From: Rhodoferax sp.
GTDB taxonomy: Bacteria; Pseudomonadota; Gammaproteobacteria; Burkholderiales; Burkholderiaceae_C
Length of the DNA stretch: 64,000 bases
Direction of reading: 5' to 3'
NCBI GenBank assembly: GCA_040400795.1
Contig: JBBAPO010000001.1
Span: 30,523-94,522, forward strand
Below, piece after piece: positions 1 to 8,568 of this stretch (its first letter is position 1; every line of letters begins with the position of its first letter). Below the pieces are notes generated by a model that saw only the letters and a program-made list of their open reading frames with translations, was not told the origin of the DNA and made no database searches. A program made the translations under genes and the position numbers.

Positions 1-372
1 CTATCGGATGGTGGTTGCCTGCCCTTGGAGGCACAGAAAATTGAGTTGTTGTTTGTGACCCTGGACAAAAGCGAAGGTTTTGCTGAGCACGTGCAGTTCA
101 AAGACTACGCCGTCAGCCCGACGCTGTTCCATTGGCAAACCCAGAACAGGGCAGGGCCCGACAACGCTACCGGTCGCCGCTACCTGGAGAGTGCGAGCAA
201 TGGCTGGCGGTTTCAGCTCTTTGTCCGAGAGGACCGCGATACGCCCTACGTGGCGGTCGGGCCCGTGAAGCTGCTGTCCCATGAAGGAGATAGGCCCATC
301 TCGATCACCTGGCAAATTCAAGCGCCCTTGTCGGCTGAGCTTTTCCGGCGCTTTAGCGTGCTGCGCGGGTGA
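1..372 (+). CDS. C-terminal end (truncated by window edge) of a DUF3427-domain protein, the C-terminal module of PLD-nuclease/DEAD-box-helicase-like proteins
   Basis: Frame 1 is open from base 1 to the stop at 370-372. The translation LLFVTLDKSE..FKDYAVSPTLFHWQTQN..GRRY..FQLFVRE..VGPVKLLSHEGDRPISITWQI matches the DUF3427 pattern as I remember it. Confidence 0.7.
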   Translation, partial: LSDGGCLPLEAQKIELLFVTLDKSEGFAEHVQFKDYAVSPTLFHWQTQNRAGPDNATGRRYLESASNGWRFQLFVREDRDTPYVAVGPVKLLSHEGDRPISITWQIQAPLSAELFRRFSVLRG

Positions 373-540
373 CTTGACTCTGATAGCAGCGCTATCTGCT
401 CGCTGAGTTCGGTGCTCGCTTGTGTCTATCACGTCTGCGTCGAAGCTTCACTGCCCAGCAGGTGGCCGACCTTCGCTTAACGGAGAAGGCGGGGGGCGAT
501 CGCAACTTGCAAAAAGTCGGCGGAGAGCGAAGCGAGCGCC

Positions 541-972
541 TCAGAGCAGGACTAGATTTTGCTGCCGGAAACCCACGACGGCGGTCGTGAGGATCCCGCC
601 ATTGGTTGTCACCAACCTAGACCCGTTGCTCACCGCAAGGGCTAGAAGGTAGACGTCAGTAATATGGTCTGATGTAAGCATCACCGCTTGGTTGAAGACC
701 GAGGGGTTGATCAAGCTCACGCTGTCTGGCCAGAACTGATGCTCGGGTTGGGCAGACATCGCGGCGAGCAATGCCAGCGTTGCCTGAGGCGGTTGCTTGT
801 TTGGGTAGCCTTTGTTGCCGATGATGCGAGCCGTGCCGTTTTGAGTTAGGGGGCACGAGGCCCATCCGTGGACGGGCGCGTTCTGCGTGAACCACGCCCC
901 CACTTTGACGTGGTTCACGTGGTTCTTATCGATCAGGGCAATCAGTGCGCAAACGTCCAACAAAGCTCGCAT
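541..972 (-). CDS. vapC: PIN-domain ribonuclease toxin, VapC family
   Basis: 143 aa. The N-terminal LLDVCALIAL carries the first PIN acidic residue. Further on are ITDVYLLALA and a C-terminal LVTTNG. It lies 3 nt downstream of a small antitoxin ORF. Confidence 0.85.
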   Translation of the reverse strand: MRALLDVCALIALIDKNHVNHVKVGAWFTQNAPVHGWASCPLTQNGTARIIGNKGYPNKQPPQATLALLAAMSAQPEHQFWPDSVSLINPSVFNQAVMLTSDHITDVYLLALAVSNGSRLVTTNGGILTTAVVGFRQQNLVLL

Positions 973-975
973 GGG

Positions 976-1248
976 TCAAAGACCCTCGTTGTTCTGCAGC
1001 TCGCGTACGAGCTCGTCGGTGACGAGAGGCGTCTCCGGATTCCGAGCGAACGGAATCACGCCGAGCGCGAGCAGCTTTCGGTCGAGTTCGGACTGATCAG
1101 CCACGCCCACCGCCTTGTGGACTGCGCCTTGCTGAATTCCTTGCCGCGCGAACTCGCTCACCACAGAGCCCAGGCTTGAGCTGTTGGTTTTGCTGATGCT
1201 TCGCGCCAATGCCAAGATGTCATCGTCGATGTCGATAGTGGTTCTCAT
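976..1248 (-). CDS. vapB: Type II antitoxin, VapB-like (MRTTIDIDDDL-type)
   Basis: 90 aa starting MRTTIDIDDDILALAR, the typical VapB/DUF2191-type N-terminus. It sits immediately upstream of vapC on the same strand. Confidence 0.75.
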   Translation of the reverse strand: MRTTIDIDDDILALARSISKTNSSSLGSVVSEFARQGIQQGAVHKAVGVADQSELDRKLLALGVIPFARNPETPLVTDELVRELQNNEGL

Positions 1249-1459
1249 AGAGCCTCTTGATGGGTGATGTTTGATGTTTGATGTTATCAGTTTGGTGTTG
1301 TCGACCGCTCCAAGACGACAATCAGCGTGTCTTGGGACATTACCTACTAAAGCCTTCCGCGAATTGGCTTACTTCCGCCCATACGTGCTGTCGTGGTCAG
1401 GTGCGACGGTCGGTTGTTCAAGTCAAGGCGAACAGGGGCTTCGCTGGAACCCATCCGTT

Positions 1460-1648
1460 TTACTTGCCCTGGGCGGCAGCAGCTAGAAGGGCATCAGTCT
1501 GAACGTCAGATGCAGGGTGTTGCTTTGACCATTCCAGAGCCCGTGCCAAGTCGGACGCCGCTTGTGTTTCGTGCAGCCAGCGCTCGTTATCAGGGATAAC
1601 GGTGGCGGTGCGAATCAGCCAAACACCTGTTTCTTTTTCTTCGACCAA
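1460..1648 (-). CDS. Small hypothetical ORF (TTG start), possibly a gene remnant
   Basis: 62-aa ORF inside an otherwise non-coding 630-bp gap. I recognised no motif or obvious RBS. Confidence 0.15.
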   Translation of the reverse strand: MVEEKETGVWLIRTATVIPDNERWLHETQAASDLARALEWSKQHPASDVQTDALLAAAAQGK

Positions 1649-1828
1649 AACTTGATGTTGAGCTGGGACGCGACCGTGCTGCTGTACTTGGTGTTTGCGG
1701 CCGGGCTGATTTTGAGGACTTCAATTCAAATATGCTTTGTCGCTTGGGTGCTGCAGACGCGGCGTCTCGCCTACCCAAATAGTTCGCAATAATCTTGGCA
1801 AAAAATTAACTATAAGTTATAAAATTAG

Positions 1829-1851
1829 TCTTTAAATCAATTATTTAAAGA
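1829..1851. promoter_or_regulatory. Perfect 9-bp inverted repeat TCTTTAAAT-N5-ATTTAAAGA in the AT-rich region upstream of fic (candidate operator)
   Basis: Read directly from the sequence. It lies 27 bp upstream of the fic ATG, inside an 85-bp stretch that is almost pure A/T. Confidence 0.3.
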
Positions 1852-1877
1852 TAAATTTAACTTGGCAAAATAGTTCT

Positions 1878-3092
1878 ATGTTTACCCAAACACACCAATT
1901 TGAGCCGCTGCTGCCTGCAGATGCTCACTTAGAGCCGCTGCTGGGCAAAGCCCATGAGTTGACCCGCGCGGCTACGCTCTTGGCTGGCACACGCGTTCCG
2001 CCCGAGTTGCGCGCCTTGCTGCGAAGCATGAACTCTTACTACACCAACCGCATCGAGGGGCAGCACACAAGACCCCACGAGATCGATCAGGCACTTAGAA
2101 AAGACTTCTCAAAAGACGCCAAGCTGGCCGCCAAGCAGCGACTGGCTGTGGCGCATATCGAGGCTGAAGTTGCCTTGGAGCAGCGTTACGGCGGCTTCGA
2201 TGCTGCCCCCGGTCTGTATTCCGCAGACGCAGTGCAAGTGATGCACCGGGAGCTTTTTGGCAGACTGCCCGCCCACGACTTGATGACCGACGAAGGCGAG
2301 CAGGTTGTGCCGGGCCAGTTCCGCCAGCGTGAGGTCAAAGTGGGCCAACACGTGGCGCCGGCATTTGACAGCGTGCCCACATTCCTGCACCGCTGGGCCA
2401 GTTTGTATGGCCGTGTGCGGCGGGGTGAGGCTGCATTGGTGGCATTGGCCTGCGCGCACCAGCGGCTGGGTTGGGTTCACCCGTTTATCGATGGCAATGG
2501 TCGAGTCATGCGTCTTCACACCCATACGCTTTTGAGTGCGCTGGGCTACACGGGCGGGTTGTGGTCGCCCCTGCGGGGGTTCGCCCGCAGCACAGAGCGC
2601 TATTACGCACTGCTGGCAGATGCCGACAGCCTCCGCCGGGGTGATCTGGATGGGCGGGGTAACCTCAGCCAGCCGGCCTTGATAGCCTGGGCGGACTATG
2701 TGCTGGAGGTGTGCCGGGACCAAGTGAGCTTTATGGGCAGCATGCTGGACTTCAAAACCCTACTGCCCCGTTTGGAGGCGTGCCTGGTCTTTGAGTCCAC
2801 GGTTGAAAAGTCGGGTGTGCGACAGGAGTCACTTCGTGGATTGCACTATTTGTTCCTGAGCGGGCAAGACATGTCGCGCGGAGACTTCAAGTCAATGCTG
2901 GGCGTCAGCGACCGGGCGGCCACCGATGCGCTTGGTGCGCTGGTCAAGCGAGGACTGCTCAAATCTGATACGCCGCAGGGCAAAGTGCGCTTTGGCTTGC
3001 CGCAACATGCACTTCGCTTTTTGTTTCCAAGCTTGTGGCCAGAGGCTGAAGCGGACGCAGCGAGCACCATGCACAGGCGGTCGACATGTTGA
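1878..3092 (+). CDS. Fic family protein (AMPylase-type), class II with an N-terminal inhibitory helix
   Basis: Has the Fic motif HPFIDGNGRVMRLH. An upstream inhibitory-helix motif TNRIEG fits (S/T)xxxE(G/N). The C-terminal part looks like a winged helix. Confidence 0.9.
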   Translation: MFTQTHQFEPLLPADAHLEPLLGKAHELTRAATLLAGTRVPPELRALLRSMNSYYTNRIEGQHTRPHEIDQALRKDFSKDAKLAAKQRLAVAHIEAEVALEQRYGGFDAAPGLYSADAVQVMHRELFGRLPAHDLMTDEGEQVVPGQFRQREVKVGQHVAPAFDSVPTFLHRWASLYGRVRRGEAALVALACAHQRLGWVHPFIDGNGRVMRLHTHTLLSALGYTGGLWSPLRGFARSTERYYALLADADSLRRGDLDGRGNLSQPALIAWADYVLEVCRDQVSFMGSMLDFKTLLPRLEACLVFESTVEKSGVRQESLRGLHYLFLSGQDMSRGDFKSMLGVSDRAATDALGALVKRGLLKSDTPQGKVRFGLPQHALRFLFPSLWPEAEADAASTMHRRSTC

Positions 3093-4117
3093 ATGCGGGC
3101 GTAGCCGCAGCCCTGGGGGCCGCGCTGCTGTTTGGCGCCGGCACGCCGCTGGCCAAGCTGCTCTTGGGCAGCGTGGGGCCATGGATGCTGGCGGGTTTGT
3201 TTTACCTGGGTTCGGGCTTGGGCCTGACCCTGTACCGCCTAGCCACCCGGGCAGCGCCGGTCAAGTTGGCCCGGGGCGAGGCCGTTTGGTTGGGGGGGGC
3301 GACGCTGTCTGGCGGCGTGGTCGGGCCGCTGCTGCTGATGACGGGCTTGCTCGGTATGCCGGCATCGGGGGCGTCTTTGTTACTCAATGCCGAGGGGGTT
3401 TTTACGGCGGTGCTGGCGTGGGTGGCTTTTCGGGAAAATGTTGATCGGCGGATTGCGCTGGGTATGGGCTTGATTGCCGCCGGGGCGGTGGTGCTCAGTT
3501 GGCCAGAATCGGTGAGCTGGGCCGGCCTGTGGCCCGCTCTGGCCGTATTGGGCGCCTGCTTCGCTTGGGGGCTGGACAACAACCTGACCCGCAAGGTGGC
3601 GCTCAACGACGCCACCTGGATCGCGTCGGTCAAGGGCCTGGTGGCGGGCAGCGTCAACTTGGTGCTGGCCTTGGTGGTCGGGGATAAGTTGCCAGGCGGC
3701 GTAACCGTGGCGGTGGCCATGGCGGTGGGTTTTCTCGCCTATGGCGTGAGCCTGGCGCTGTTCGTGGTGGGCCTGCGGCATTTGGGTGCGGCTCGCACTG
3801 GCGCTTATTTTTCAGTGGCTCCGTTTTTTGGTGCGGCCCTGGCCTTGGTGGGCGGCGAGCCGGTGTCCCTGACCTTACTGGTTGCTGGCGTGCTGATGGC
3901 AGCGGGGGTGTGGCTGCATCTGACTGAACAACATGCGCATGTCCACGCCCATGAAGCGATGCTGCATGACCACGAGCATGAGCACGATGAGCACCACCAG
4001 CACACCCATGCTGACGGCCAGTTCACAGCGGGCAAGCATGCGCACCCGCATCGGCACGAGCCACTTAGCCACGCCCATGCCCACTACCCGGACGCTCACC
4101 ACAGGCACCGGCATTGA
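3086..4117 (+). CDS. DMT/EamA-family transporter with a His-rich C-terminal tail
   Basis: About 10 hydrophobic segments and EamA-like repeats. In the last 66 residues I count about 24 His (HAHVHAHE..HDHEHEHDEHHQHTH..HAHPHRHE..HAHAHY..HHRHRH). The start overlaps the fic stop (ATGTTGA). Confidence 0.85.
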   Translation: MLNAGVAAALGAALLFGAGTPLAKLLLGSVGPWMLAGLFYLGSGLGLTLYRLATRAAPVKLARGEAVWLGGATLSGGVVGPLLLMTGLLGMPASGASLLLNAEGVFTAVLAWVAFRENVDRRIALGMGLIAAGAVVLSWPESVSWAGLWPALAVLGACFAWGLDNNLTRKVALNDATWIASVKGLVAGSVNLVLALVVGDKLPGGVTVAVAMAVGFLAYGVSLALFVVGLRHLGAARTGAYFSVAPFFGAALALVGGEPVSLTLLVAGVLMAAGVWLHLTEQHAHVHAHEAMLHDHEHEHDEHHQHTHADGQFTAGKHAHPHRHEPLSHAHAHYPDAHHRHRH

Positions 4118-4176
4118 AGGGCCGGTGTCATGGATGGGTCGGTTTATCTGTCAATTATTTCGAGTATCATGGAAAT

Positions 4177-4500
4177 ATGGAATCAATCGCTGTTGTTAAA
4201 GCCCTGGCCGCGCTCGCCCAGTCATCACGGCTGGAGGTGTTTCGTTCACTGGTGGTGGCTGGTCAGGCCGGTTTGACCCCGGGCGCCTTGTCTGAAAGCC
4301 TGGGCGTGGCGCCCAACACGCTGTCATTTCATTTGAAAGAACTGGTGAATGCCGACCTCATCAGCCAGGAGCGGGTTGGGCGCAACCTGGTTTACCGTGC
4401 CCAGTTTGACCGCATGAACGCGGTGCTGGCCTACCTCACCCAAAACTGCTGCCAGGGCCAACCCTGCCTGCCGGCGCTTGCCAACGCATGCGACTGTTAA
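4177..4500 (+). CDS. arsR: ArsR/SmtB-family repressor with a C-terminal Cys cluster
   Basis: wHTH segment LSESLGVAPNTLSFHLKEL. It lacks the ELCVCD motif but has CCQGQPC near the C-terminus. I preferred the ATG at 4177 over the track start at 4114. Confidence 0.85.
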   Translation: MESIAVVKALAALAQSSRLEVFRSLVVAGQAGLTPGALSESLGVAPNTLSFHLKELVNADLISQERVGRNLVYRAQFDRMNAVLAYLTQNCCQGQPCLPALANACDC

Positions 4501-4523
4501 CCACCGACCTGGAGCTACCAACC

Positions 4524-5030
4524 ATGACTACCCCACTTAAACCCCTCAACGTACTTTTTCTGTGTACGCACAATTCCACCAGAAGCATCCTGGCCGAAGC
4601 ACTTTTGAACGCCATGAGCGGTGGCCGCTTCCGCGCTTATTCGGCCGGCAGCAGCCCGCGGGAGAACCAAAAGCCGAATCCGCTGGGTTTGAAGGCGCTG
4701 GAAACCGCTGGCATCGCCACCGAGGGCTTGAACAGCAAAAGTTGGGATGTGTTCGCGGGGCCGGATGCGCCCCACATGGACTTGATCATCACGGTGTGTG
4801 ACAACGCAGCCGGTGAAGTCTGCCCGCTTTGGCCCGGGCACCCGGCTACTGCGCATTGGGGTTACCCGGATCCGTCTGAGGGCGATGGTTCTGAAGACGA
4901 CAAGCGTGAGGCAACCCGCAAAACCCTGCACGCCATCAAGCGACGACTGGAGTTGTTGTGCAGTTTGCCCGATGCTAAGCTGCAACAGGCGGTCTTGCAG
5001 ACCAGCGCCCGGCAGTTGGCCCTCGCCTGA
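4524..5030 (+). CDS. arsC: Arsenate reductase, LMW-PTP (thioredoxin-coupled) type
   Basis: P-loop LCTHNSTRS (CX5R), plus the Cys pair in VCDNAAGEVCP. Internal ATG at 4524. Confidence 0.9.
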   Translation: MTTPLKPLNVLFLCTHNSTRSILAEALLNAMSGGRFRAYSAGSSPRENQKPNPLGLKALETAGIATEGLNSKSWDVFAGPDAPHMDLIITVCDNAAGEVCPLWPGHPATAHWGYPDPSEGDGSEDDKREATRKTLHAIKRRLELLCSLPDAKLQQAVLQTSARQLALA

Positions 5031-5040
5031 GGATTGATCC

Positions 5041-6126
5041 ATGCAAGCTGAACCTGGCGTCAATGCCAAGCCGGCCGCAGGGGTTGCCATGAGCGTTTTT
5101 GAACGCTACCTGACGGTGTGGGTGTTCCTCTGCATTGCCGTGGGCATCGTTCTGGGCCAGTTCTTTGCACCCGTGTTCCAGGCCATTGGCCAGATGGAGT
5201 TTGCCAAGGTCAACCTGCCAGTGGGCTTGCTAATTTGGGTGATGGTGATCCCCATGCTGGTCAAGGTCGATTTCGGCGCCCTTGGTGAAGTGCGCAAGCA
5301 CGTCAAGGGCATTGGGGTGACGCTGTTTGTCAACTGGCTGGTCAAGCCTTTTTCTATGGCCCTGCTGGGCTGGTTGTTCATTCGCCATTGGTTTGCGCCC
5401 CTGCTGCCGCCGGATCAGATCGACAGCTACATTGCTGGGTTGATCTTGCTGGCCGCGGCACCGTGCACCGCCATGGTGTTTGTCTGGAGCCGCCTCACCG
5501 GGGGAGACCCTCTGTTCACGCTGTCGCAAGTGGCTTTGAATGACAGCATCATGGTGATTGCCTTTGCACCGCTGGTGGGCTTGCTGCTGGGCATCTCGGC
5601 CATCATCGTGCCTTGGGACACCCTGCTCACGTCCGTGGTGCTGTACATCGTGATCCCCGTGATCTTGGCGCAAATTTTGCGCAGGTCGCTCTTGGCCAGG
5701 GGCGCAGCTTTTTTTGAGGCGACCATGGCCAAAATTGGTCCCTGGTCCATAGCCGCGCTGTTGCTCACATTGGTGCTGTTGTTTGCGTTCCAGGGTGAAG
5801 CCATTCTGAAGCAGCCGCTGGTCATTGCCTTGCTGGCGGTGCCTATCCTGATTCAGGTGTTTTTCAACTCGGCCCTGGCCTATTGGCTCAACCGCGCGGT
5901 GGGCGAGAAGCATTCGGTGGCCTGCCCGTCGGCTTTGATTGGCGCGTCCAACTTCTTCGAGCTGGCGGTAGCGGCTGCCATCAGCCTGTTTGGTTTTAAT
6001 TCTGGCGCGGCCCTGGCGACGGTGGTGGGTGTGCTGATTGAGGTGCCGGTGATGCTGCTGGTGGTGTACATCGTCAACAACTCCAAAGGCTGGTACGAGC
6101 GCGGCGCCTCAGTGCCAGGCGCTTGA
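5041..6126 (+). CDS. acr3: Arsenite efflux permease, ACR3 family
   Basis: Contains MSVFERYLTVWVFLCI and a polytopic membrane profile. GAGGA lies 8 nt upstream of the 5041 ATG. Confidence 0.9.
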   Translation: MQAEPGVNAKPAAGVAMSVFERYLTVWVFLCIAVGIVLGQFFAPVFQAIGQMEFAKVNLPVGLLIWVMVIPMLVKVDFGALGEVRKHVKGIGVTLFVNWLVKPFSMALLGWLFIRHWFAPLLPPDQIDSYIAGLILLAAAPCTAMVFVWSRLTGGDPLFTLSQVALNDSIMVIAFAPLVGLLLGISAIIVPWDTLLTSVVLYIVIPVILAQILRRSLLARGAAFFEATMAKIGPWSIAALLLTLVLLFAFQGEAILKQPLVIALLAVPILIQVFFNSALAYWLNRAVGEKHSVACPSALIGASNFFELAVAAAISLFGFNSGAALATVVGVLIEVPVMLLVVYIVNNSKGWYERGASVPGA

Positions 6127-6132
6127 ACTGCG

Positions 6133-6846
6133 ATGACCTTGCCCTCAGAAGCCATTGATGCGGCCAGTTTCAGGCTGCCAAGCCAGAGCCAGTTGTCGGC
6201 CACGGCCCCGTCAACCCACCCGCCCAGAATTTTGATGCTGTACGGCTCGCTGCGCGAGCGCTCTTACAGCAAGCTGTTGACGCTGGAGTCGGCGCGCCTG
6301 CTGGAGGCCATGGGGGCTGAGGTGAAGGTCTTTGACCCGCAAGATTTGCCGCAGCCCGATGCCGCACCCGAGACGCACCCTAAAGTGCGTGCATTGCGTG
6401 ACTTGGCCACCTGGTCAGAAGGCATGGTGTGGTGCTCGCCCGAGCGCCATGGCGCCATGACCGGCATCATGAAAAGCCAGATTGACTGGATCCCCTTGTC
6501 GATAGGCGCCGTGCGGCCGACCCAGGGCAAGACCCTGGCGGTGATGGAGGTCAGCGGTGGTTCGCAGTCCTTCAATGCCGTCAACCAGATGCGCATTCTG
6601 GGGCGCTGGATGCGCATGATCACCATCCCCAACCAAAGCTCGGTGGCCAAGGCCTTTCTCGAGTTTGACGAGGCCGGGCGCATGAAGCCGTCCGCCTACT
6701 ACGACCGGGTGGTCGATGTGATGGAGGAACTGGTGAAGTTCACGCTGCTGACGCGTGATGTGGCGCCCTACCTGGTTGACCGTTACAGCGAGCGCAAAGA
6801 AAGTGCCGAAGCCCTGTCCAAACGCGTGAACCAAAAAAGTCTCTGA
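6133..6846 (+). CDS. arsH: ArsH, NADPH-dependent FMN reductase
   Basis: [17 protein letters not shown] and WCSPERHG are typical ArsH motifs. It is the last gene of the ars cluster. Confidence 0.9.
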   Translation: MTLPSEAIDAASFRLPSQSQLSATAPSTHPPRILMLYGSLRERSYSKLLTLESARLLEAMGAEVKVFDPQDLPQPDAAPETHPKVRALRDLATWSEGMVWCSPERHGAMTGIMKSQIDWIPLSIGAVRPTQGKTLAVMEVSGGSQSFNAVNQMRILGRWMRMITIPNQSSVAKAFLEFDEAGRMKPSAYYDRVVDVMEELVKFTLLTRDVAPYLVDRYSERKESAEALSKRVNQKSL

Positions 6847-6912
6847 GGGCTCTGCACCAAGGCCCGCTTGCAGCCGCAGTAAGATCGGGCGCTTCATCCT
6901 GAGGAGCCCCTT

Positions 6913-7701
6913 TTGAGACACATCATCGACCTGGACCGTTACCCCCTGGACCGTGAGGGCAGCCAAGCCTGGCACGACATGGTGGCGGCTGCACAGGCTG
7001 CGTTGCAGCAGGGTGGCATGTTCAGCCTTGAGGGGTTTTTGCGACCCGGTGTGGCGGCCAAGGCGGCGGCTGAAATTGCGCCAGTGATGGCCAGCGATTC
7101 TTACCTGCACCAGCGTCGCCACAACATCTATTTCAAGCCCGAAATCCCCGGCCTCGCGGCCGACCACCCGGCGCTGCGCCAGGTGCAGACGACCAACCAC
7201 ACGGTGTGCGCCGACCAAATGCCCGGCAGCCTGGTAATGGCCGTGTACGAATACCCCCCGCTGGCGCAGTTCTTGGCGGCCACCATGGGTCGGCCGGCTT
7301 TGTATGTGATGCCGGACCCGCTGGCCTGTGCCAACGTCATCGCCTACCGTGCCGGGGAAGCGCTGAATTGGCATTTCGACCGGTCCGAGTTCACCACCAC
7401 ACTGCTGCTGCAAGCGCCCGAGGAGGGTGGTGACTTTGAGTACCGAACCAACCTGCGCACTGACACAGACCCCAACTATGAAGGTGTCGCCAAACTGCTG
7501 GAAGGCCGCGACCCCGAGGCTCGCTTGCTGCATCTGCAAGCAGGTACCTTGAATGTGTTCCGTGGCAAAAATACCGCCCACCGGGTAACACCGGTGCAAG
7601 GCGCCGTAGACCGGATGATTGCCGTGCTGTGCTACTACGAGACGCCGGGCGTGATGTTCAGCCCGGAGGAGCGCTTGGGGTTTTACGGTCGCGCTGGCTG
7701 A
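6913..7701 (+). CDS. 2OG-Fe(II)-oxygenase-like protein (HxD type)
   Basis: TTG start. NWHFDRSEF supplies a possible HxD iron-binding facial triad, followed by a distal NTAHRVTP. This family call is tentative. Confidence 0.6.
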   Translation: MRHIIDLDRYPLDREGSQAWHDMVAAAQAALQQGGMFSLEGFLRPGVAAKAAAEIAPVMASDSYLHQRRHNIYFKPEIPGLAADHPALRQVQTTNHTVCADQMPGSLVMAVYEYPPLAQFLAATMGRPALYVMPDPLACANVIAYRAGEALNWHFDRSEFTTTLLLQAPEEGGDFEYRTNLRTDTDPNYEGVAKLLEGRDPEARLLHLQAGTLNVFRGKNTAHRVTPVQGAVDRMIAVLCYYETPGVMFSPEERLGFYGRAG

Positions 7702-8557
7702 GTGGGTTAAAGCCGGTCACCATCATGGTGGCCAGTAACACCAGCGCGCCGCCGGCGTAAGAGGCGAGGGTGAACACCTCGCCCAAAAACAGATGCCCCC
7801 AGACCACGCCAAAAATGGTCACCATGAAGGTGGAGCTGTGGGCCGCCACTGCGCTGACATGTTGCACGATGCGCATGTATTGCCAATAGGCCAAGCCAGA
7901 GGTAATGATGCCCATCAGCGCCACTGCTGAAAGGGCAGACCATGAAAATTGGGCCTGGGGTAGTTTCCAAAGGGCACCGGGCAGCAGCAGCAAAAAACCG
8001 AAGGCGTGGATGCCGGCCGTGATGCTCAAGGGCGGCATGCGTTGGATAGCCCTTTTGAGCAGGGGCATACTGAATCCGGTGAAAAAGCAGGCGCCCACCG
8101 CCAGGGCCGTACCGGCCAAGACCTCGGGCGAGGGGTCAATGGGCCCCAGTCTGACCACCAGTGCCACACCGGTAAAGGCGAGCAGGCAGCCCACCAGCTT
8201 GGTCCAGGTCAGCGTGTCTTCTTTCATCCAGGCAGAGGCAAAGGCCCCAAACAGCACAGACGTGACGGCCACCACAGCGCTGTACCCCGATGGCAAATAA
8301 AGCGATGACCAGGCACTCAGAAAATGCGGCAATGCAATGGCTGCGGCGCCAAGCAGCAACAGTTCTCGCCAGTGTTGCCACGGCCAGTCCAGCTTCTGGT
8401 GCCGCATGATCATGGCCAGCGTGATGGCGCCCAGCCCGATACGCGCGGCTGCGGCAACGCTGGGCCCCAGCACTGGGGTGGCTATCCGGGTCAGTAAAAA
8501 GCCGGTGCCCCACAGCGCCGACAAGGCGACCAGCTGGAAGAAGTACCGACTCTTCAC
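7658..8557 (-). CDS. DMT/EamA-family transporter
   Basis: 299 aa with 10 hydrophobic segments and two EamA-like halves. Its 3' end overlaps the convergent gene by 44 bp. Confidence 0.8.
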   Translation of the reverse strand: MKSRYFFQLVALSALWGTGFLLTRIATPVLGPSVAAAARIGLGAITLAMIMRHQKLDWPWQHWRELLLLGAAAIALPHFLSAWSSLYLPSGYSAVVAVTSVLFGAFASAWMKEDTLTWTKLVGCLLAFTGVALVVRLGPIDPSPEVLAGTALAVGACFFTGFSMPLLKRAIQRMPPLSITAGIHAFGFLLLLPGALWKLPQAQFSWSALSAVALMGIITSGLAYWQYMRIVQHVSAVAAHSSTFMVTIFGVVWGHLFLGEVFTLASYAGGALVLLATMMVTGFNPLSQRDRKTPSAPPG

Positions 8558-8568
8558 GGGGCGGGTTT

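Noticed and set aside
1861-1876. Sigma-54-like TGGCA..TT element upstream of fic
   Set aside because: The -12 GC is missing (TTCT instead of TTGC). The element would also sit only a few nt from the start codon.
6415-7599. 394-aa ORF on the minus strand
   Set aside because: It is antisense to arsH and the 2OG-oxygenase-like gene. The composition is Arg/Gly/His-rich, as expected of shadow frames in high-G+C DNA, and I recognised no motifs.
7658-7701. 44-bp overlap between the 3' ends of the convergent 2OG-oxygenase-like gene and the DMT gene
   Set aside because: This is probably just slightly extended reading frames in G+C-rich DNA. There is no evidence of function.
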